A stretch of 62,787 bases of DNA, the filler included, from Nemertoderma westbladi (taxonomy: Eukaryota; Animalia; Xenacoelomorpha), in the NCBI GenBank assembly GCA_032718475.1. It is 3 parts of 3 records of this genome, joined end to end, with 100 filler letters (N's around TTAATTAATTAA, not from the genome) between each part and the next. Parts side by side here need not be neighbours in the genome. Positions count along the whole stretch, not along the records: positions 1 to 17,661 come from JAUCBJ010003582.1; 2 more parts are not named here. One strand, given 5' to 3'. How positions within the stretch are numbered: position 1 is the stretch's first letter; every line of letters starts with the position of its first letter. The notes under the pieces are model-generated. The model did not search any database, was not told the DNA's origin, and saw nothing but the letters and a program-made list of their open reading frames with translations. Made by a program: the position numbers and the translations under genes. Positions 1 through 9,131 of the stretch are shown here, piece by piece.

Positions 1-688
1 ATTAAAAACTTAAACGTTTTTTTACAGTCGCGTAATGACCCACATAAATGTGGAGGAATCACCAGCAGATGCTGTCCTTCCTGGAGATATCCCTCGCAGA
101 GAGTCGAAATCTCTGGCATGCATGCCGGCAACGTGCATCCAAACGCTTTCAATGTTTCTATAGAATCTCTTTCTACAGTGTGAAGGTAGTTCGGACTTTG
201 CAAATATAAAATGTTCGGTTTTCCTCCAGGTGACAGCGATCCACACCGACGAAGTCTGTGCGTATTGTAGTGGAGTTTTATAAGATCCAACGTTTTTTGG
301 AGATATGGAAGATATACGTAGCGAACAAGTTCAATATGCAATACGTTTGAAGTATCCAATAACTCCATCTCTAAGTTTCTAAAATGTTCTATCCACTGTG
401 ATAGTCCTAACACTGGAATCTTCGACCAGAATGCCTCGATCCTTTGGTTCCTCGTAGATTTACCGTATATATACGTTAAACCTCTCATTGCATAGCTATC
501 TGTTTGAGACAACCTTAGTGTCCGTTGGATAATTTCGATATTTACATTTTCCGTTCCTCGGTCCGACCTAACTATGTGTGGTACACCTCCTAATGCCTCA
601 ATAAGTTCCAAATAATAACCAGCGACTACAAAAGGATCATTATTTGACTTTCCACATTTTAGCCACAATAGTTTTCTGCTAAAACCAT
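1..688 (-). CDS. IS3EU-like DDE transposase, exon 2 (runs off window edge)
   Basis: Manual translation is open from 688 to base 1: (D)GFSRKLLWLKCGKSNNDPFVVAGYYL..GGVPHIVRSDRGTEN..YGKSTRNQRIEAFWS..HYNTHRLR. It supplies the second D (RSDRG) and the E (QRIE). Not in the ORF track, probably because it has no stop within the window. Confidence 0.85.
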
Positions 689-983
689 CTATCACCCAGG
701 TGAGAGTATTTCTGTGTGAATAATAAGTGACTGAATTGAAAGTGAAAGTTAATTAGATACAGCATCACATGTATCCTTCGACGGGCGGGCCCGGTTACAG
801 AAGGGACAGGTTACAGAAAATGGGAATATTAGGACACGCGCTAACGCGCCAGCGCGCTAACTACTGACCAAACGGTAAATACGGTAAACGGTTATTTCCT
901 AAGTTGAAACAGTGCATGGTGCAAAAACGTGCTGAGTGCACGCACAATTTTATCTATCTCGGACCATCAAGAAATACTCTCAC
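689..983 (-). other. 295-bp GT-AG intron bounded by 16-bp inverted repeats (introner-like)
   Basis: Removing 689-983 restores HGAI-D-GFSR in frame. AGGTGAGAGTATTTCT at 698-713 and its exact reverse complement at 970-985. Confidence 0.75.
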
Positions 984-1446
984 CTATCGCGCCATGAACT
1001 GTTAATGAAAACGGCTTGAGTTTATCCCACCCATCTATGTGTATTAAGAAATTTGGCCCTTTGGAAATGTATGTTCGGCGTACGAGTCTATGACGTATTC
1101 TACATTGTCGACCTTCTGGATCTAGAATGCGCAACAGGTGAGCCACCAACTTTCGAGGTACGTAATGTTTGTACTCATACATTAGAATCTTCTGCATTTG
1201 TCTGTAACCAACAGGACTGGGTGATTGCGTGACTTCCCTATTCTTCACCAATTCATATTTGAGCGCTTCAATAACGCTTCCAAACTCGGAGGGATTAAAT
1301 TGCCTTTTCAATTGTAAGTTGGACATCAACCGCCTAACTGTCCTCGCGGAAATAAACACTCCATGAGTTTCTTTAAATAGCAGCTGAATTTCTCTGTGAG
1401 TAAATCCTTGCCAGTAGTATTGAGTAAGTAATTCATTAACAGACAT
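984..1446 (-). CDS. IS3EU-like / integrase-core DDE transposase, exon 1
   Basis: HTH-like N-terminus, GYRQM, RRLVRRTY..GPNFLIHIDGWDKLKPF..VHGAI (first catalytic D in HIDG). Ends at the donor GCGATAG|GTGAG (exon ends 984, phase 1). Confidence 0.85.
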
Positions 1447-1610
1447 TATTTATTAGGCTGGCCTACTGCGTACGAAAAGGACTAATGTTTGCTGTAGGCC
1501 TACTGCAAACAACTGGAGTAAACAGAAGTATAGCGATACATATATATTTACATTTATATTTCCCGCTTTCCCATTTATATAGAACGAATTGTCATTGGTC
1601 ATATGCAAGT

Positions 1611-2174
1611 ATTTTCAACCCGGGTTGATATTATTTTCAACCCGGGTTGATATTATTTTCAACCCGGGTTGATATTATTTTCAACCCGGGTTGATATTAT
1701 TTTCAACCCGGGTTGATATTATTTTCAACCCGGGTTGATATTATTTTCAACCCGGGTTGATATTAGTTTCAACCCGGGTTGATATTATTTTCAACCCGGG
1801 TTGATATTATTTTCAACCCGGGTTGATATTATTGATATTATTTTCAACCCGGGTTGATATTATTTTCAACCCGGGTTGATATTATTTTCAACCCGGGTTG
1901 ATATTATTTTCAACCCGGGTTGATATTAGTTTCAACCCGGGTTGATATTATTTTCAACCCGGGTTGATATTAGTTTCAACCCGGGTTGATATTATTTTCA
2001 ACCCGGGTTGATATTATTTTCAACCCGGGTTGATATTATTTTCAACCCGGGTTGATATTATTGATATTATTTTCAACCCGGGTTGATATTATTTTCAACC
2101 CGGGTTGATATTATTTTCAACCCGGGTTGATATTATTTTCAACCCGGGTTGATATTATTTTCAACCCGGGTTGA
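1611..2174. repeat. 22-bp tandem repeat (ATTTTCAACCCGGGTTGATATT), about 25 copies
   Basis: Directly visible. Each unit holds the 14-bp palindrome TCAACCCGGGTTGA. Lies between the transposase start and the putative element end. Confidence 0.95.
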
Positions 2175-2512
2175 AATTAAAAAAAAAACGCTTAATTAAT
2201 ATTGTTTGGCCGCTTTCAGCCACCGTAATTACCTGCCAATACAGCAATTTGCTGTATTGGCAGGTAATAGACTCCGCCGCCATCGACCCGGCGCCGGTGG
2301 GTTTTAATAGACTGCATCGCCATCGCTGCATCGTTCAGTCGTTCCGGGTTTAATAGACACCGTCGCCATTCTGCCATTGTCTGATATTGTTCCGGGTTTA
2401 ATACTGCAATAAACTCCATCGGCCGTCGCCATTGTCCCGGCCCGTTTACTGGTTGTAATAGACTCCGCCGCCAACGTCTGATCGTCCCGGGTTTAGTAGA
2501 ATCCGTCGCCTG

Positions 2513-3610
2513 TATTTTAGTACCGGCACCGGTACTGCTGTAGGCCTACACTGTTTAGCCTACCATTTAAATACGGTACTGGTAGGCCTACCGGCTGCCC
2601 GGTTGTTTTGGTTAGAAAATCCCGCCTCATCTGTAACCTGCTCCTTTGCCTGATTTGGTAAAGTGACCGTTTATTGTTTTGGTTAGAAAGGCCCGCCTCT
2701 GTAACCTGCTCCTTTCCTTCATTTTGTAAAGTGACTGTTTATTGTTTTGGTTAGAAAATCCCGCCTCTGTAACCTGCCCCTTTCCCTCAATTAATTAAGT
2801 GATCGTTTATTGTTTTGGTTAGGAAATCCCGCCTCTGTAACCTGCTCCTTTCTCTCAATTGGTAATGTTATCATTTATTGTTTTGGTTAGAAAATCCCGT
2901 CTCTGTAACCTGCTCCTTTCCCTGATTTGGTAAAGTGACTGTTTATTGTTTTGGTTAGAAAATCCCGCATCTGTAACCTGCTCCTTTCTCTCAATTGGTA
3001 ATGTTATCGTTTATTGTTTTGGTTAGAAATTCCCGTCTCTGTAACCTGCTCCTTTCCCTCAATTAGTTAAATGATCGTTTATTGTTTTGGTTAGAAACTC
3101 TGTAACCTGCTCCTTTCCCTGATTTGGTAAAGTGACTATTTATTGTTTTGCTTAGAAAATCCGGCCTTAACCTGCTCCTTTCCATCAATTGGTAATTGTT
3201 TTTGGCTATAAAATGAGTGTTTTGCTACGTCATGTGGTAATCGATTATCGACAACAACCACAAACTATTAAATTTAGAGTCTTTTACCACAGGCGCATGC
3301 CGCATATGTAATTCTATCTCATAGTCTATAAATCATGGAATCATCGAATGTTTTGGCACAGGCATAGTGAAACTAACTGTCCGACAGACCAGAAATCAAC
3401 AAATTTTGAATGTTTTGGCATAGGCATGTTGAAATCAACTGTCTGACAGTCCAGAAATCAGCAGTCTGACAGTTTGAAGAAATACATACATAAAAAGTCA
3501 TTAAAAGGACAATAAAAGTCATTAAAAGGACAACAAAAGTCATTATGCACAATTCGTAAAAAAGGAGGACAAAAAAAGTCAAATAAAAGGACATAAAAAT
3601 TCACTGCCAT
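2513..3610 (+). mobile_element. Non-autonomous interspersed element carrying a 68-bp minisatellite (copy A)
   Basis: About 9 units of TTATTGTTTTGGTTAGAAAATCCCGCCTCTGTAACCTGCTCCTTT.. at 2600-3200 plus a unique tail. An inverted copy lies at 56342-57634. Confidence 0.8.
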
Positions 3611-4012
3611 TAATTACTGTGGCAGAATTCCACCATATTTATTAAAAATAAATAAAAAGCAGTGAATTTTTGGACGTCCAAAAACTAATTTATGGACGTC
3701 AAAAAATTAATTTATGGCCGTCCATTTATGGACGTGTGTGGTGGCTTATAAGAAATTGTTAAATTCTGCTATTATAATGCGCCATGTATGACCCGTTTCA
3801 TATTCTGAAGAACATTAGAAACAACCTTGCATCAATGGGATGATGGTTCAAGATTATTAAACCATTCCAATACACTCTCAGTGGCACAGTATATACAGTA
3901 GTTCCTCCAGGTGTCATGAAATAGCAACGTTTATACCAGATTGAGGAATGGGACTGGAACAGTTGTACTTCCTCGCATCTACGGCTGGCTCCCAAAGTTG
4001 ACTTACTCTGCG

Positions 4013-4583
4013 TGTGACGGGATCCACCGAGGATCCCGGTTTATCCGGTGTCTAATCTACGCGTCCCCGCCGTGTGTATGTGAAAAGAGTTCTGAGTTGT
4101 TGATTGATCGATGTATATAAACATAAGGGTATGATATAATCGGATAAGATATAGCACAGTTAAAGTGAATGATGGAGTGTACCTGTAAAATGGCTAAATA
4201 TTGCTGACAGTAGATGGAGATGGTGATTAGAGATCCGGTACTGCCCTAACTAACTGACTTACTGAAGTGAATGAATTGGCACAACGAATGATAATATATA
4301 TTGCACTGGTTGGCCGCATTACATTACTCAGTGGATGCCTTCCCCCCATTGGCTAACAACTCACTTCTCGCCTCCCATCTCTCTGGGAGTGTTTTCCCTC
4401 CCCACTGCTGTTATTCTCTCCCTCGGAGGTATAACCTCTGACCCCCTTTGTGTGTTCCCCTGGGGCCTGTTGTCCCCGTTTATTGGGGTGACACGAGGTT
4501 GATTGGTGATCAACCTCGTGCTCCCAATATTGCTTAAAGCCAACTTTGTGTGGGCCTGGTTAGTGGAATTGAATACGCTAACA
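4013..4583 (-). repeat. 3' LTR
   Basis: TGTGACGGG...GCTAACA; 7 substitutions against 14882-15452 by my count. Confidence 0.95.
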
Positions 4584-5261
4584 CTCCCCCCCATGCTATC
4601 TTCCCGGTGAGAAGATAGCATCCACCTCTAGTGCGCTACAATTCCGCTGGATCTCGATCTACTATCGAGTGTGGGGTGGAACTATTTTTCTCGGAGCCGG
4701 CTTTCCAGGCCGCTCCCTATGGGTATGATATCGCTACCCTGTTTCCCTGGTGTCCCATGTCGGGCCTATCGTGCGCTCCTCTCACACAATTTTGTTTCCC
4801 CAACACTTTCGCCACTCTAACTCCACTCTACTCTCACCCTGACTCTCCTCTACTTCTCCTCACTTCCGCTCTAACTCTTGGACCTCCCTGTCCCTCACTC
4901 AGCCTCTTACTCCCCCCCCCCACACTTGAATTGCATCCGCACCCTCTCCGCACTACAACTCAACCCCTATCTCACCCACTCACTCCCGATGAGTCTCACC
5001 CCCCTCCTGTGCCATCGCACTCAAGAAGTGTGAAGTCGTCCAGCTTCCGTTCGTCATAGTCAATTGTCTCCCAGTCCCAGTAGCTAATTGGAAAAAGGTT
5101 GTATGACTATAGTACTTACTTTGATTATATTTTGCTAAACTAATAATGATTACTACCTACGTACATACTAATTGCACTTTTCAATTATTTAGATTACTTG
5201 AATTTGTACTTAGGAGTTCGCACGTCTCGCGTGGTGCCTTCCAGGCATGTTGCATCGAAGT

Positions 5262-7830
5262 CTAGTTCGTTCCACCTGCCTTTGGGAACCACCTCAACTC
5301 TTTCCCTCTATCGTCCTCCTCCCTTGGTCGTTTCCTGGTCGCTGCCGCTCCTTTGGTCTTAACTCCCTTCAGGCTCCTGACCCTCACCGTCACCTCTCTA
5401 CTAATCCCGGTCGTCGACTCCTTGGGCGCTGGTGTTATTAGCTCCCGGTATCGCTTCGCGGGTGGCCCCTCCGAGTGGCCCTGTTGTCTCCCCCTGGTGG
5501 CATCCCATAGGATCACTTTCATCGCCCGCGGCACATGCTCCGCCAAGAAATCCCTGAACTCTCCTCTGTTTTGTGGCATCCACCTGTCCAAATACCTCTG
5601 CGTATTTATCACCCCGGCATATGATGCCGCCATCGCCACTTCCTGGTAGGTAAACGGAAGCCTCCGTTTGATAATCTCCATGTGGGCCTCCTGATTGATG
5701 TTAAAGAAGCCCCACCGGAACTCCTGGGCCTTCATACGTTGCCGAGTCATGGCTCCGACGTCGGCCCACTCCTCGAAGATCCTAAACTTCTCTTCGTTGT
5801 CCATCCAGTCGCACTGGCGTCCGTAGTGTCCCCGGAAGTTGCACTTCGAACACTGGTTGTGCAACCATGGACACGCCCCCATCCTGTGGCTCGACTCGCG
5901 GCAGTAGAGACAACTAGTTCCTTTCTGGAACCGGTACAAATAGCTCCTTTCCTGGTGGGTCTGTCTCCCACAGTAGTCACAGCCGAGCACCAATGTCTCC
6001 CACCCCACGTCGTCTTTCGTCCCAAGCAATCTCCGCGGTCTGTGGAGTCGCTGGTAAGCGAATTTCCGGACGTTAGCGTCCCTGTCCACGTCGATCTCCT
6101 CGCCCCTCCCGGGCATCGTCTCCCCGAATACTACCCGTGGTGCCGTTCCCGGTTGCTCGCCCAACCTGATGGTGCTCCCCGCGAAATCCATCGCCGGCTC
6201 CTCATGCACCCAGGCCCGCTTGCCGGGTCTATCCCAGAAGGCCCTCGCCCCACTGGCCGTCACCACCCTCCCGCCAACCCAGTCCGTGTCCGAGTGGCCG
6301 ATCCTCCCGATGGGCGGCATCTCTCCGAACTCATCGTCATCCTCGTCCTCCTCTGTGAGTTGCTCCAACCCCGGTATCCCGGTGGACCCACTGTGTCCCT
6401 TCCCGCCTTGGCTCTCGCCCGTAACTTTCCATCCTTCCAGCTCCCCTAGCCTCCTTAGTGGCTGATCGCCCTCGGCGCCCGCTGGTATGGGCGTCGTCTG
6501 CAATTCCGATGTCGACTGTTTTGGTGATCCCACCGTCCACCCTAATTCTCGCCCTAGAGACTCCCCCGAACTCCCTGACGATGCCCAACGAAGTTCGTCT
6601 AAGGCCGTCTGTTCCTCGAAGCCGTAGCTCTGTGCCCTAGCTTCCTCCTCCCTTTCTTCTGCTTCTCTCCTCTCCTGTCTAGCGGTTTCTTCCAATCGCT
6701 TCGCCTCTCGCCTATCCGCCTCTAGCTGCTCCCATCTCTGATACGGTGTATCTACCTCCCCGTCTACCAGATGTCGGTTGTTATAGTACACCGACTCGCC
6801 CTTCAGCACCGGGTGGTCTACTAGACCCTCGAAAGCCGTCTTAAAGGCTCTTCTGTAGCTTAGGGGTGATCCCGATAATAGGAATGCCGTTGGTTCCCTC
6901 TCGATAACCACGGTCATGAATAGGTTAAGCAAACCCATCATTATCCAGTCCTCCTGTAGGATATATCGCTTCTGATATACCTTTATCGCTCCTCTCCGGA
7001 ATTGATACACCTCTTGTTTCCCTGGCCTCGCTCCCCATTTGCAGCAAATTCGCCAAGTCCGCTCCGTACTCCTCTCTGAACTTGCCCCAATCCATCGGTT
7101 TGTGACACACGAGCCCCATTAGCTGGCCCATTGCCACCGCCCCGCAATGGCCTGTGTTCTCCACTAGTCAGAATCCGTCTGGTGCTGTCATAGCCATGTA
7201 GACCGTCTGCGTATCCAGAAGGTTGGGGGTGTCCGGACCGATGATTCTCTCCGCATCGTCGCGAATCGCCGATCCCACTTTCGTCATCGACTTCTCTCTC
7301 ACTAGGGTTTGCAACGCCTTCGGCAACCGGTTCAACTTCGGCCCGTCCTTCTTTCCATACGTCCCCAGATCGAATAGGAATATATCCCCATTTGGCGCGC
7401 CCAAATGTAGGAGTATGGTTCTGGCCGACCCCGCCGATCCTCTCCTCGAACCCTCCTCGTCTTCCACGGTCCCCTCATCGTCTAGGACCATGTATCCTCC
7501 CCTGCTGACGGACTCTACAAACCTCTTCCAATCCTTCCTCGGTGGATCCCTTGCGTACTTCGGAATCCCGAACTTCGCTTCGTCTCCTTTCACCACGTAG
7601 TGGAAATGCTCGAAGATCGCGTTGTCCAGCGACGGCGTCCCGTAGGTCCCGACCAGCCGCTGTTCGTGCACCTCCCTGAAATGGTCTTGTAGCGCTCGCG
7701 CTCCATGACCTCTCTCCAACTGCTCGTAGTATCCCCTCGTCTTCTCTTCCGGATGCCTCTCGGTGAAATCCACCAGTATCTCCTTTCCTCCTAACTCCGC
7801 CTTTCTCTTTCTGATCAGTTTCCCCGCCAT
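5262..7830 (-). CDS. Cargo gene: DEDDy-type 3'-5' exonuclease-like domain, acidic/coiled region and 3 CCHC knuckles; interrupted by one TGA and one frameshift
   Basis: ATG at 7830. ExoI-like YMVLDDEG, IFLFDL..LPKALQTL, ExoII-like TKVGSAIRDD, LLDTQ; in-frame TGA at 7168-7170; frameshift near 7040; ExoIII-like QKRYILQED. Knuckles CDYCGRQTHQERSY (last C lost), CLYCRESSHRMGAC and CSKCNFRGHYGRQC at about 5811-5981. Confidence 0.7.
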
Positions 7831-8329
7831 TCCGAACTCTCTCACTCGCTCACCTGTAAGGTGGTGCCTTACCAAGGCGCAGTACAGATGAGTGATAAGG
7901 TTGGGATGGTCTGTACAGTTCGACAATGGCCTATTTCTTACTTAATTCCGAGTTATAGCCTAATTTTTCCTATTTAATTTCTAAAGCTACCAAATTTTAC
8001 CCTAAATTGCAATTTTGTCCGTTACTTTAATTATGTTCCAGAATTTTCTTTCTACTGTTACCATCATTTGTCTAATTTTCTAATTTCTTATTTTTATTTT
8101 TAATTTAATTCAATCCTACTGTGCTAACTATTATACTACTATGCTACTACTTACTTATTATCGCCGATGGATTACTCTACTTCATAATCCACATTCTGGC
8201 CTACTCTGTGGGCCTGTGCAGTACAACACTATGCGTCGCGTGGCCTACACGATTTATCCAGCTGTACTCATATGCCCCCCTCTCGCTGCCCACTACTAAC
8301 TAATGTCTACATTATACATACCCTTCTAC

Positions 8330-9000
8330 CACTAACTCTTACTAACCGGTATTATGTACCCTCTTACTGACTTTTAACTAACTTCTACTAACCGGTACTA
8401 TGTACCCTCTTACTAACCTCTGACTCCACTAACTAACTAACGGTACTATGTACCCTCTTACTAACCTCTAACTCTCCCTAACTAACTAACGGTACTACAT
8501 ACCCTCTTACTAACTCTTACTCTCTCCAACTAACTAACAGTACTACGTACCCTCTTACTAACTCTAACTCTCTCTAACTAACTAACGGTACTCCGTACCC
8601 TCTTACTAACTCTAACTCTCTCTAACTAACTAACGGTACTACGTACCCTCTTACTAACTCTCACTCTCTCCAACTAACTAACGGTACTACGTACCCTCTT
8701 ACTAACCTCTAACTCTCTCTTACTAACTAACGGTACTACGTACCCTCTTACTAACTCTTACTTTCTCTAACTAACTAATGGTACTACATACCCTCTTACT
8801 AACTCTAACTCTCTCTAACTAACTAACGGTACTACGTACCCTCTTACTAACTCTAACTCTCTCTAACTAACTAATGGTACTACGTACGTCGTACCCTCTT
8901 ACTAACTCTTACTCTCTGCCTAACGGTACTACGTACCTTCTAACTACTAACTCTTACTATCTGCCTAACGGTACTATGTACCTTCTAACTACTTAACTAA
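8330..9000. repeat. About 48-bp tandem repeat inside the LTR element
   Basis: GGTACTACGTACCCTCTTACTAACTCTAACTCTCTCTAACTAACTAAC units with degenerate ends. Confidence 0.9.
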
Positions 9001-9131
9001 CTAACTTCCATCTGCCTACTTACTCTCTCTTTATTTATTTATTATTTTTTTATATTTTATATGTGGGAAGGGCGTCTCGCCCTCAATCCCACCCCCCTCG
9101 TCCAAAACTTGGACGACTAAATTCTACACGA

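Larger units (their letters stand above)
1..2227 (-). mobile_element. IS3EU-like DNA transposon, one end in window
   Basis: Minus strand from 2227 reads TACGGTGGCTGAAAGCGGCC, a TAY-type terminus as I recall for IS3EU. It is followed by the tandem array and the transposase. The other end is outside the window. Confidence 0.6.

Noticed and set aside
4318-4330. LTR segment partly complementary to the PBS-position sequence (Tf1-like self-priming)
   Set aside because: Only 11 of 13 Watson-Crick pairs, upstream of the TATA-like tract on the sense strand, and not retained in the second copy's LTR.
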